From: Minisyncoccota bacterium
GTDB lineage: Bacteria > Patescibacteriota > Minisyncoccia > Phycocordibacterales > CAIZLB01
Assembly (NCBI GenBank): GCA_036405975.1
Contig: DASWWM010000013.1
Coordinates: forward strand, 40,649 to 104,648
Reading direction: 5' to 3'
Length of the DNA: 64,000 bases
Program-made: the position numbers and the translations under genes
The notes under the pieces: model-generated
Databases searched by the model: none
Seen by the model: only the letters and a program-made list of their open reading frames with translations
Told to the model about the DNA's origin: nothing
In this document: positions 1 through 9,536 of the stretch, one piece after another
Position numbering within the stretch: the first letter of the stretch is position 1
Layout: every line of letters begins with the position of its first letter

Positions 1-3000
1 CAAGCAGCAGCGCATCAACACAGGTAGGTCTCGGCGCCGGAGCATCGTTCAATTCTGGCAGCTACTACAATACCGCGATTGGCTATTATGCGATGACCAA
101 TACAACGTCATCCAGAAACACAGCTGTCGGATCGGGCGCGCTTCGATTCAATGTCTCTGGAATCTCGAACGTCGCATTCGGTAATGATGCCGCTGGCAGT
201 TCGCTTGCCAGCTACAATGTCGCAATCGGTGATTCTGCCTTGTACAGCGCTACGAGCAGCGGAAGCAATACCGCTGTCGGTCATTCGGCCTTGCTTTATG
301 CTATCGGGTCAGGCAATACGGCTCTCGGATATCTCGCTGGGCAAAACATCACTTCGGGCTCGAACAATATCATCATCGGCAATAACATATATGCGCAAAG
401 TGCCACAGCTTCAAACCAGCTCAGCATCGGCAATATCATCTTCGGTACGGGCGTCGACGGTTCCGGCACAAGCGTATCGTCTGGAAACATAGGAATCGGA
501 ACGACGACTCCCGGCTACAGGCTCGTAGTGTCAGGCGATCTTAATCTCACTGGTGCATTCAGGGCCAACGGTTCGGCTGGTACCGCAGGCATGGTTCTCC
601 AGACGACAGGCACAGGAGCGCAGTGGGTCGCCACTTCGACTCTTGGCATCAGCGGTGGATCGAGTCTTTCGGGAGGCGCCAATGGCTATCTTGCGCGATG
701 GACTTCTGCGACTACGCTTGCGACAAGCTCGGTTCTCGACAGCGGTACGAGAGCGGGAATCAATGCGACATCATCCTCTTATACATTTAACATACAGGGT
801 ACTGCAGGTATCAGTGCCTTCAATGTTGCATCATCCACCGGAACATCGCTGCTCATGGTCGGCGCGGATGGAAATATCGGTATCGGTACGACAACCGCTG
901 CGTCAAAGTTGGTGGTGGTGGGTGATGCATACGTGACAGGATCACTTCGAGTTTCAAACGGTACTTTACCCGTTGTAATTGGCGCGACTGACGGAAATAC
1001 GCGAGCGACAAATGCACTTGATCTTCAGTCATATCGAACGTGGTCATCTCAGGTTGCAAGTGGGGTAAGATCTACAGCTATAGGAAACAGAAACACAGCG
1101 TCTGGTGTAGATTCAATTGCAATCGGACAACTTAACACTCCGTCTGCGCTAGTATCTATCGCTCTCGGTAATAGTAACAGCGCATTCGGAGATTACGCTG
1201 TTGCCATAGGAGCAAGCAATTCTGCCGCAAGCAACTCGCAGGTTATAGGAAAGTTGAATACGGCATTGTACTTAAATTCGTCCGTGGTGGGAATTTCAAA
1301 CACGCTGTACGCGGGTTACTCGCAGGCATTTGGAAATTCGAACAGTCTGTTTGGCCTTACAGGATCAGTCGGTATCGGTACTTCGAACACGGCATATGGC
1401 GGCAACGCGACGATAATCGGGCAGGACAACACCAGTTCCGACGACTACAATGTCACTCTCGGATACAATAACTATGCATTTTCTGGAACGAGCGTGACGA
1501 TCGGCCACAATAATTCGGTTGATAATGGCGTGGGAGGAGGCTCTGATGTCATCACTGTAGGATCCTATAACACTGTTTCGGGCACTTCTTTTTACACATC
1601 AGCATTCGGTTCTTACAATACGATATCAGGCAGTACGTACTACAACGGAGCGTTCGGGTACCAGAACTCCGTCTCTGGAAACAGCTCGTATGCGATCGGA
1701 AGAAGCAATGCTGTGAGCGGCGAAAACTCTTACGTATTCGGTAATGGAATAACAAATGGTATCGGGGGGTCAGTAATGATCGGTACGAGCAATACGAACA
1801 AGATGACCCTTACGACAAATGGTTCGCTTGGCATCGGCACGACGACTCCTGCCTCGAAGCTCACGGTTGTCGGCAATGCCGGCACCTCTCCGATGTTCAC
1901 TGTCGCCTCATCGACTGGTCGAACGGCATTTGTCGTTCGTGCTGATGGCAATGTCGGCATTGGTACATCTACTCCGAATACGAATCTGTATATCGATGCA
2001 AGCTCGGGTACGGGCAATATCGGAGGGTATCAAATGGTGATTGAGGGCTCGCCGACCAATACCGCCCTTCTCGGTTTTAAAGTCGCAAACAATGAATGGT
2101 CGATCGGGGCAAGCAGTCTCGATGAGGATAAGTTCATGATCACATCAAGTCTTGGCTATACTCAGGACGCACTCGTCATTAACAGGAGCACTGGCAATGT
2201 CGGCATAGGATCGTCTACTCCATCTGCCAAACTATCCATCTTTAATCTGAGCGGAAACCAAGACTTGATCAATGTCTCTTCTTCAACTGGAGCGTCGATG
2301 TTCACTGTGAAGGCTTCAGGCAATGTCGGCATCGGAACGACTACTCCGTTCGCTCGTCTGCAGGTCGCGGGAGTAACCACGTCATCGGGAATTCCGTTGC
2401 TCGTCACGGACTCAGCGGGTGCTTCAGTGATTGCTGCTCGAGACAGTGGAACGGTTTCAATAGGAGCCCTATCTGCAGGATTATCAGGTTCGCAGCTCTC
2501 AAAAACCGGCAGCTTGAATGTTTACGGAACCAGCGCAACAATAAACATCGGACATGATTCATTCGATTACGGATACAAAATGGTAATCGGTCCAAGGTCC
2601 ATCACTACTACTGAGACTTCCGAAGATTCAAACGCCACGCTCTTCCTGAATTCAGCTTCGGGGGGACGCGTGAGCATCGGGACTACGACTGATGCCTCCC
2701 CTTATACGCTTCGAGTCGGAGGCGACATCAACTTCGGCGGCAATCTCTATCAGGACGGAGTCCTCTTTACGGGCGGTGGCGGTGCGAGCCCTTGGACCGT
2801 TTCCGGCTCTAAGCTGTATGCCACAAGTACGTCTGTCGGTGTCGGAACAACCAATCCGTTGGCAGCATTTGATATCGGCACTTCGACAAACGGAGTTGGA
2901 ACCATGCAGCCGATGCTTCGGTTCAGCTACACTCCGGATGTCACGTACTCAAGTGCCATCAAGACAAGCACAGGCGGATCGATCGGCCAGAATCAGATGG

Positions 3001-5072
3001 GCTTCTTCATCACGCGTAACGGCACCGAGCTCAACCCGCTTCTCCTGTCAGACAGCGGTATTACGCTTACGGGAACGACTACCGTTGCAGGCATCTTGAA
3101 TCTCAACAGCGCAAATGCCGATACGGGCAAGGCTCTTACGGTGAGGAGCGTGACCAACGATGCACGAGACGGAGGTATCAAGATTGTCGCGCAGAACCAG
3201 AGCCAGTGGATGACGCTCGGTTGGGGCGGGTTGGGAAGCACGTATACGCTGGATTTCTCATCAGGGTCCGGTTCTGACATCACATTTGTCTCAGGCAACA
3301 ATACAGTCTTTTCGACTGGCAATGTGGGCGTAGGGACTACAGCTCCCGATGCGAAGCTCTCCATCATCGGAGGGACAAGCACTCCCGCTTTGAGCATCGC
3401 GACGAGCACAACCGGCATCAAGTTGCTTCACGTTACATCGACGACTACGGGTGTTATGGACTATGCGCGAGTCGGTATCGGAACGACTGGAAACTGGAGC
3501 GGTCCCGACCTTCTCGACCAGCTCACCGTCTCTGGTCGAGTGTACACTACATGGAGATACGCATCGTGTGACCTTGCGGGAATGAGCGTTATCGCGACAC
3601 TTCTTGCGAACACGGCAAACATATGTGGACAGTTCTCATTTGTGGAGGATGCTGACGGAGCGCTCGAGGTAATGACTACGGCGAATCCAAACTATATGAG
3701 GCTTCGAGCCTCAACCGCCGGAAGCCTTGCCGTCGGTGAAGGCGCTTCGCTGCGATCATGGGTCAATTTTGTGTCGACGAATGAGAACCCTATCCTTGAA
3801 GCATGGGTAAGGCCGCAAAGCGGAGTTACGAATGCAAGATACATGGTAGGGTTTATGGATTCCGCTACGGATGTTGCTGCTGACCCTACGAACGGGGTGT
3901 ATTTCAATGCGATTTCTAGCGGAGGAGGGAATTGGTTCGCGGTCAACAGGTCTGGCGGAGTCATGACATTCGTCGACACGGGCGTTGCGATATCGACTAC
4001 CGCATTCCAGAAGCTCCGAGTGGAAACGACGCCGGTCGCCTCGTACTTCTACATTGACGGGGTCCGCGTGGCTACCATAACTGCCGATATTCCAACGGCA
4101 AACATGTCACCGAATGCATCCGTCGCGCTTATTACCACTGCTGATGCGGTCAAGTATTTGGACATATCGCTTATCCGACTTTGGGTTGATGACCCTCTCG
4201 GCGGCTATCTAGCAGGCAACGAAGCGGACACGAACTTGATGAGGATGGCGGCCGGAGCATCGACGACGCTCGAATCTGTTCTCGACAGCGCGTCGACGAC
4301 GGCTGCGGCGAAAGGCCTCGTGACTGAAGCGGTGACGTCACTGTATGACTATGTCATCTCAGGCATCGAGTTCACTGCAGATGTCATTACGCGAAACGTT
4401 GTGGCGCTCAATGCGACAATAAAGAATGTCTTCGCAAGCGTCCTGTCGATCATGCCTGGAGGTTCGATCATCGTGCCGCAAGGAGAGAATCAGATTTCAG
4501 GATCAGCAACGCTTCCGCTCGGAATGACGTCGGTCACGGTCTTAAATTCTTCAGTGCTCGATACGAGCAAGATTCTCGTGACGCCGACGTCGCTCATGTC
4601 GACTCCGCTCATTGTGACGCAGAAGATTCCCGGCGTCGGATTCGTGGTGCAGACCATGAATGCGCAGTCGACGGACGCGACATTCGACTGGGTTATCATC
4701 CAGACATACAAGACCGGCAACGACACCAAGACGACTGGCGGCGCGGTATCGGGCAGCAGCAATGCCGGTTCTGGTGGCGACAACGCGGAGGTTCCGCCAG
4801 GCGGAGACACCCTGGGAGGGGGATCTGGCCAGTCGCCGGCATCGTCGACGCCGGACGGTACGAATCCCCCTGAAGGCGAAGGGTCTGACAGCTCAGGCGG
4901 TACGGGGACAGGCGGGGAAGCAGAGAATCCCGTGACTCCTCCTGCTGAAAATCCATCGGCAGGTGACCAGGATCCCCCTGCGATAGACCCTGCCCCTCTG
5001 CCTGAAATTTCAATGCCTGCTCCAGAGCCGACGGCTCCAAGTGACGGAGACGCGCCTGCTGGACAGTCATAA
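1..5072 (+). CDS. Giant fibre-like surface protein, 5' end outside window (reading frame open from nt 3). More than 20 repeats of a G-N-[IV]-G-I-G-T-[TS]-x-P...KL-x-V consensus, a central jelly-roll/LamG-like segment, and a Pro/Gly/Ser/Glu-rich low-complexity C-terminus.
   Basis: ORF 93..5072 is 1659 aa, and the frame has no stop back to nt 3. Repeated NIGIGTTTP/NVGIGTTNP motifs are visible throughout the translation. Stop codon is TAA. Confidence 0.7.
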   Translation, partial: SSSASTQVGLGAGASFNSGSYYNTAIGYYAMTNTTSSRNTAVGSGALRFNVSGISNVAFGNDAAGSSLASYNVAIGDSALYSATSSGSNTAVGHSALLYAIGSGNTALGYLAGQNITSGSNNIIIGNNIYAQSATASNQLSIGNIIFGTGVDGSGTSVSSGNIGIGTTTPGYRLVVSGDLNLTGAFRANGSAGTAGMVLQTTGTGAQWVATSTLGISGGSSLSGGANGYLARWTSATTLATSSVLDSGTRAGINATSSSYTFNIQGTAGISAFNVASSTGTSLLMVGADGNIGIGTTTAASKLVVVGDAYVTGSLRVSNGTLPVVIGATDGNTRATNALDLQSYRTWSSQVASGVRSTAIGNRNTASGVDSIAIGQLNTPSALVSIALGNSNSAFGDYAVAIGASNSAASNSQVIGKLNTALYLNSSVVGISNTLYAGYSQAFGNSNSLFGLTGSVGIGTSNTAYGGNATIIGQDNTSSDDYNVTLGYNNYAFSGTSVTIGHNNSVDNGVGGGSDVITVGSYNTVSGTSFYTSAFGSYNTISGSTYYNGAFGYQNSVSGNSSYAIGRSNAVSGENSYVFGNGITNGIGGSVMIGTSNTNKMTLTTNGSLGIGTTTPASKLTVVGNAGTSPMFTVASSTGRTAFVVRADGNVGIGTSTPNTNLYIDASSGTGNIGGYQMVIEGSPTNTALLGFKVANNEWSIGASSLDEDKFMITSSLGYTQDALVINRSTGNVGIGSSTPSAKLSIFNLSGNQDLINVSSSTGASMFTVKASGNVGIGTTTPFARLQVAGVTTSSGIPLLVTDSAGASVIAARDSGTVSIGALSAGLSGSQLSKTGSLNVYGTSATINIGHDSFDYGYKMVIGPRSITTTETSEDSNATLFLNSASGGRVSIGTTTDASPYTLRVGGDINFGGNLYQDGVLFTGGGGASPWTVSGSKLYATSTSVGVGTTNPLAAFDIGTSTNGVGTMQPMLRFSYTPDVTYSSAIKTSTGGSIGQNQMGFFITRNGTELNPLLLSDSGITLTGTTTVAGILNLNSANADTGKALTVRSVTNDARDGGIKIVAQNQSQWMTLGWGGLGSTYTLDFSSGSGSDITFVSGNNTVFSTGNVGVGTTAPDAKLSIIGGTSTPALSIATSTTGIKLLHVTSTTTGVMDYARVGIGTTGNWSGPDLLDQLTVSGRVYTTWRYASCDLAGMSVIATLLANTANICGQFSFVEDADGALEVMTTANPNYMRLRASTAGSLAVGEGASLRSWVNFVSTNENPILEAWVRPQSGVTNARYMVGFMDSATDVAADPTNGVYFNAISSGGGNWFAVNRSGGVMTFVDTGVAISTTAFQKLRVETTPVASYFYIDGVRVATITADIPTANMSPNASVALITTADAVKYLDISLIRLWVDDPLGGYLAGNEADTNLMRMAAGASTTLESVLDSASTTAAAKGLVTEAVTSLYDYVISGIEFTADVITRNVVALNATIKNVFASVLSIMPGGSIIVPQGENQISGSATLPLGMTSVTVLNSSVLDTSKILVTPTSLMSTPLIVTQKIPGVGFVVQTMNAQSTDATFDWVIIQTYKTGNDTKTTGGAVSGSSNAGSGGDNAEVPPGGDTLGGGSGQSPASSTPDGTNPPEGEGSDSSGGTGTGGEAENPVTPPAENPSAGDQDPPAIDPAPLPEISMPAPEPTAPSDGDAPAGQS

Positions 5073-5110
5073 AACGCAGCCTCAGAACGAAGCTGCGTTT
5101 TACTTTTTCT
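5073..5110 (+). terminator. Rho-independent terminator after the giant fibre gene
   Basis: Hairpin aacgcagc...gctgcgtt followed by ttactttttc. Confidence 0.5.
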
Positions 5111-5164
5111 TCATAACTAATCAACACGTACTCTCAAGGCTAACGAATGTCCGTGATATAATCA

Positions 5165-5773
5165 GTGGCATATTCATTAGCATGTAACAAAAGAACCATG
5201 ATGTCACCAAAAGAAAAGGAAGCATACAGCGATTCGGTCCAGGCTACGATGGAAGGAACGCCTATTACCATTACAAAAAAAAGAAAGCCTCGGCGATTGC
5301 TCTCGAATCTCCTCACCGTCATCCTTCTTCTTGCCGTAGTCGCCCTCGGATACGGGTATTATCAGAAGCAGAATGAGCTAAAGATGCTCAAGGATCCTGC
5401 CGCTCAGGCAGAAGTGGCCCGAAAGGATGCCATTGCCGTCGCTGCTCAGGCATCAAGCATCGTTCTTCTTCCTGAAGGCGAGGAGGTTCCAGAAGTTCTT
5501 ACCATCAATGATGCGGAGCTTGCAATCAAGGAGCAGCCCAACCTTGCAGGAGTTGTCACGGGAGACAAGATTCTTCTCTACGTAACAAGCGGGAAGGCCA
5601 TCGTGTACAGTCCTTCCAGAAACAAGATCGTGAACATTCTCCCGGTCGTACTTCAGCGACCTCAGGGGCAGGGAACGACAAATACGCAGACAAATACGAG
5701 CGCCAATACGCAGAGCAGCTCAAACGGCACGACGTCTCGAAGCGCGAATACGTCTGCAAACGACGAAGAATAA
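5165..5773 (+). CDS. Hypothetical membrane-anchored protein: basic N-terminus, one TM helix, Thr/Ser/Asn-rich C-terminus.
   Basis: 202-aa ORF with a hydrophobic segment LLSNLLTVILLLAVVALGYGYY. No family recognised. Confidence 0.4.
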   Translation: MAYSLACNKRTMMSPKEKEAYSDSVQATMEGTPITITKKRKPRRLLSNLLTVILLLAVVALGYGYYQKQNELKMLKDPAAQAEVARKDAIAVAAQASSIVLLPEGEEVPEVLTINDAELAIKEQPNLAGVVTGDKILLYVTSGKAIVYSPSRNKIVNILPVVLQRPQGQGTTNTQTNTSANTQSSSNGTTSRSANTSANDEE

Positions 5774-5800
5774 GAGCCGAAAGGCTGATAGGAATGAGAA

Positions 5801-5828
5801 TGCTGCCCCAACCAGGGCAGCATTTTTC
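5801..5828 (+). terminator. Rho-independent terminator
   Basis: Hairpin tgctgccc-caacca-gggcagca followed by tttttc. A TATAAT hexamer follows at about 5841. Confidence 0.5.
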
Positions 5829-5881
5829 TGTTGCATATACTATAATGGGTGCATACCAGTTTAAACCAGTAAAGAAGAACC

Positions 5882-6910
5882 ATGACCCAGAAAAAAGTTG
5901 CCATTAACGGAGCGGGACGAATCGGAAGAGCATTCCTCAAGCTTGCAGTCGAGAATCCTGAACTTCAGGTAGTTGCCATCAATGACCTCGCGGACATTGA
6001 GAACATTGCATACCTCATGAAATACGACAGCGCATACGGAAGAAGCAATCTCGACATCAAGGCCGATAAGGCAAAAGGAGAGCTTGTTATCAATGGCAAT
6101 GTGGTCAAGTATGTAAGCGAAAAGGATCCCGCCTTGCTTCCATGGAAAGACTTGGGCGTGGACATCGTTCTCGAGTCTACGGGACTCTTCACCTCATACG
6201 AGAAGGCGAGCTCACATATGACCGCTGGCGCAAAGCGAGTGGTCATCTCGGCCCCTGCAAAAGACGATGCCGGAGCGCAGCAGGCCGCAACGGTCCTCAT
6301 GGGAATCAATGCCGATGACATGAAGACATGCCCTGTCACTTCGAATGCATCATGCACGACGAATGCGGCGAGCCCGCTCATCTCCATTCTTCATGAGAAG
6401 ATCGGAATCGAGAAGGCGATCCTCAATACGACTCATGCATACACTGCAAGCCAGGCACTTGTCGATGCTCCAAACAAGAAGGACTGGAGGGAAGGAAGGG
6501 CAGCTGCCATGAATATGGCGCCTTCTTCTACTGGTGCGGCTGTGGCAACCACGAAAGTGATAACTGATCTCAAGGGCAAGTTTGATGGAATCGCAGTCCG
6601 CGTTCCGGTGATCACGGGGTCACTTGTGGATGTGACGTTCATTTCGAAGCGACCGACTACGGTCGAAGAGGTAAATGACCTTCTTCGAGCCGCGGCAAAA
6701 GAGTCGCGATGGCAGGGAATCTTCGATGCGACTGATGAGGAGCTCGTATCGCGAGACATTATCGGAAATCCGCACGCATCCATTGCTGACCTTAAAATGA
6801 CTCGAGTTGTTGATGGAAACCTCGTAAAGGTCCTTGCGTGGTATGACAATGAAGGCGGGTACACTCACGCACTTGTCCGACATGTCGTCGATGCGGCAAA
6901 GCTTATTTAA
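5882..6910 (+). CDS. gap: Glyceraldehyde-3-phosphate dehydrogenase (type I)
   Basis: N-terminal Rossmann motif INGAGRIGR and active-site motif SNASCTTN. Confidence 0.9.
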   Translation: MTQKKVAINGAGRIGRAFLKLAVENPELQVVAINDLADIENIAYLMKYDSAYGRSNLDIKADKAKGELVINGNVVKYVSEKDPALLPWKDLGVDIVLESTGLFTSYEKASSHMTAGAKRVVISAPAKDDAGAQQAATVLMGINADDMKTCPVTSNASCTTNAASPLISILHEKIGIEKAILNTTHAYTASQALVDAPNKKDWREGRAAAMNMAPSSTGAAVATTKVITDLKGKFDGIAVRVPVITGSLVDVTFISKRPTTVEEVNDLLRAAAKESRWQGIFDATDEELVSRDIIGNPHASIADLKMTRVVDGNLVKVLAWYDNEGGYTHALVRHVVDAAKLI

Positions 6911-6933
6911 TCTGGATAATTCATCTCAAAAGC

Positions 6934-7251
6934 ATGATTAAACTTGAAGGTCCGGGAATGGATGCTAACAAGATAGAGGAAGAACGAGCGGGCATGTTTC
7001 AGGACATGGAAGGTCCTTTGGCTGAACGGTGGAAAAAGTTCAGCGTCGAGGATCAGGACACAATAGCAAATGCCCTTGCAGAAATAACCGGTGACGGACC
7101 AGGCATAGTCGGTGTGATTTCGGAAGAGAAGGCTGGTCGATTCATTGAGCACCTCAGGACCTATCTCTCCCCGAATTCGTCTGGCGACTTGAAAGAGGCT
7201 GCAGCTGATGCGATCAGGAGAGCTGTCTCGGATGAGGGCATTACAGAGTAG
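6934..7251 (+). CDS. Hypothetical small acidic protein
   Basis: 105-aa ORF between gap and rpiB on the same strand. No recognisable family. Confidence 0.35.
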   Translation: MIKLEGPGMDANKIEEERAGMFQDMEGPLAERWKKFSVEDQDTIANALAEITGDGPGIVGVISEEKAGRFIEHLRTYLSPNSSGDLKEAAADAIRRAVSDEGITE

Positions 7252-7273
7252 TTTCGAGCGTATACACACAATC

Positions 7274-7807
7274 ATGAATGTTTTCATTGGATCAGATCAT
7301 GCAGGGTTCGAGCTCAAGGAGTCTCTGAGGAAGGCGCTTGGGGAAATAGGGTACAGGGTCATAGACTGTGGAGCATTCGCGTATCATCCTGAGGACGACT
7401 ATCCGTTCTTCATTTCGAAGGTGGCGCGAGCCGTCTCAGAGGCTGAAGCTGTCAGGGATTCTGAAGAGAATCTGCCGCATATCGTGGCCGGCGAGCGCGG
7501 AGCAGAAAGCGTGACTCGTGGGATTGTCATCGGTGGCTCAGGTCAGGGGGAGGCGATAGTCGCCAATAAGTTCCCTCACGTTCGCGCCGCTCTCTGTTAC
7601 GGCGGAGAAAGTGCCGGGAAGATCGTCGAGCTTTCAAGGGAGCATAATGATGCAAATGTCCTTTCTCTCGGTGCTCGATTCATCTCGGAGGACCAGGCGC
7701 TTGAGCTTGTCATCAAGTGGCTCAACGCTCCGTTTTCCGGAGATTCGAGACATGTCCGAAGGATCCATGAGATAGAAGAAATAAAGCATAGGCCTCTCTA
7801 CGAATAA
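7274..7807 (+). CDS. rpiB: Ribose-5-phosphate isomerase B (RpiB/LacA/LacB family)
   Basis: N-terminus MNVFIGSDHAGFELKE is typical of RpiB. Start taken at the internal Met at 7274 of ORF 7208..7807. Confidence 0.85.
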   Translation: MNVFIGSDHAGFELKESLRKALGEIGYRVIDCGAFAYHPEDDYPFFISKVARAVSEAEAVRDSEENLPHIVAGERGAESVTRGIVIGGSGQGEAIVANKFPHVRAALCYGGESAGKIVELSREHNDANVLSLGARFISEDQALELVIKWLNAPFSGDSRHVRRIHEIEEIKHRPLYE

Positions 7808-7831
7808 AAAATCAAAGAATCATTTAGCTAC

Positions 7832-8554
7832 ATGAACAAAGAACAAATCACCCACATTATTCCCGCTGTATTTGCAGTCGATTACAACGATTTCGTTGAT
7901 CAGCTCGACTCCATATACGATATCGTCTCGAGAGTTCAGATTGACGTCGTCGACGGATCCTTTGCCACGAAGAAGACGTGGCCTTTTGATGGCGATGCCG
8001 GCCAGGAATTTCCAAAGATCGTCCGGCAGGAACAGGGCTTGCCTCATTGGGAAGAGGTCGAGTTCGAGGTGGACATCATGTCCCAGAATACGGCATTTGT
8101 AGTCGACCAATGGATCGCAGCCGGTGCCTCGAGAGTCATCGTTCACAAAAGGAATGTCACTGACAGCGAATCGCTCTTGAAGATAGCCGAGGCTGTCCGC
8201 GAGAAAGGGGTAGAGTTCATGGTTGCTTTTGAGCCGAAAGAGACGCTTGAATTGATCAAGGATTTTGCCGGCCTCGTCATCGATGGAGGATTTCTCGATG
8301 GGATTCAGGTCATGGGAATCGACAAGGTCGGATTCCAGAATCAGGATTTTAACCCTAAGGCTCTTCAGCTTATTGCAAGCATCAGGAAGGAATGGCCGGA
8401 CATGCCTCTCTCGGTTGACGGAGGGGTGAGCTTCGACAATGCACGGGCGCTGATCGATGCCGGCGCTACTCGACTTGTTTCAGGATCAGCGATCATGCAT
8501 TCCGAGATGCCTCGCGATGCGATCGAGCGGTTTGAGGAGATTTGTCAGGATTAG
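7832..8554 (+). CDS. Ribulose-phosphate 3-epimerase family protein (divergent)
   Basis: Rpe-like blocks: IIPAVFAVDY, IDVVDGSF, WIAAGASRVIVH, SVDGGVS...AGATRLVSGSAI. Sits between rpiB and the transketolase genes. Confidence 0.65.
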   Translation: MNKEQITHIIPAVFAVDYNDFVDQLDSIYDIVSRVQIDVVDGSFATKKTWPFDGDAGQEFPKIVRQEQGLPHWEEVEFEVDIMSQNTAFVVDQWIAAGASRVIVHKRNVTDSESLLKIAEAVREKGVEFMVAFEPKETLELIKDFAGLVIDGGFLDGIQVMGIDKVGFQNQDFNPKALQLIASIRKEWPDMPLSVDGGVSFDNARALIDAGATRLVSGSAIMHSEMPRDAIERFEEICQD

Positions 8555-8593
8555 TCTTTTCGATAATACAGGGTCGGTCTAAGTGAATAAGAT

Positions 8594-8639
8594 GGCCGGC
8601 CGAAGAGACAGAAGTTTTCCACCGTCTCTTCGGCCGGCC
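8594..8639 (+). terminator. Perfect GC-rich hairpin between the Rpe-family gene and transketolase
   Basis: ggccggccgaagagac...gtctcttcggccggcc followed by tttgctat. Confidence 0.4.
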
Positions 8640-8641
8640 AT

Positions 8642-9535
8642 TTGCTATACTGTATTCGTATGTTTCTTACCGACGAACAAGTTCAGGAACTCGAGGCAAA
8701 GGCGAAATCCATTCGCGTAAGCATCATCGAGATGCTGGCCGAAGCAAAGTCAGGCCATCCGGGCGGTCCGCTCGGCATGGCTGACATCTTTGCGGCTCTC
8801 TATTTCAATATACTCAAGCATGATCCGAAGAATCCTGCATGGCCTGAACGCGACCGATTCATCCTCTCAAACGGCCATATCTGTCCCGTACTGTATGCCG
8901 CAATGGCTCACTCTGGATATTTCCCAGTAGAAGAGTTGAAGACACTTCGCAAGTTCGGCTCAAGGCTCCAGGGCCATCCCCACAGGGAATTTCTTCCCGC
9001 ATTGGAAAACAGCTCGGGTCCTCTCGGATCCGGTCTTTCTCAGGCTGTCGGCATGGCCATAGCTGACAAGATCGATCATGGAAAATTGTCGCCTCGCTTC
9101 GTCTATTGCTCGCTCGGCGACGGAGAGCTCAACGAGGGCCAGAACTGGGAGGCCATCATGCTTGCGTCAAAGGAGAAGCTTGGAAACCTTATCGCCATCA
9201 TTGACCGAAACAATATCCAGATTGACGGGTACACGGAAGATGTAATGCCCCTTGCCCCTGTCTATGACAAATGGAAAGCGTTCGGTTGGCATGTGCAGGA
9301 AATCGACGGTCATGACATGCGGGCTATCGTGGGTGCCGTAAGCGAAGCCAAGGCGTCATTCGACAGGCCATCGGTCATCATTGCCCATACCATACCGGGC
9401 AGGGGTGTCTCATACATGGAGAAGCGGTACGAATGGCATGGAACGCCGCCGGGAATATCAGAAGTTTCAGGGGCTCCTGAGAAGGCAAAGCAGGTCGAGG
9501 TTGCACTGGCTGAATTGAAAAATAATAACATCTAA
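8642..9535 (+). CDS. Transketolase, N-terminal subunit (split transketolase, TPP-binding part)
   Basis: GHPGGPLGMADI and GDGELNEGQNWEA motifs. 297 aa. An alternative start exists at 8660. Confidence 0.85.
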   Translation: MLYCIRMFLTDEQVQELEAKAKSIRVSIIEMLAEAKSGHPGGPLGMADIFAALYFNILKHDPKNPAWPERDRFILSNGHICPVLYAAMAHSGYFPVEELKTLRKFGSRLQGHPHREFLPALENSSGPLGSGLSQAVGMAIADKIDHGKLSPRFVYCSLGDGELNEGQNWEAIMLASKEKLGNLIAIIDRNNIQIDGYTEDVMPLAPVYDKWKAFGWHVQEIDGHDMRAIVGAVSEAKASFDRPSVIIAHTIPGRGVSYMEKRYEWHGTPPGISEVSGAPEKAKQVEVALAELKNNNI

Positions 9536-9536
9536 C

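Noticed and set aside
151-5127. Numerous 60-140-aa ORFs on both strands inside the 1..5072 gene (for example 151..492, 296..490, 2993..3421, 4696..5127).
   Set aside because: Shadow frames of a long repeat-rich coding sequence with no independent signals. The same applies to the antisense ORFs inside the second giant gene (27056..28576) and inside rpoB (61270..63907).
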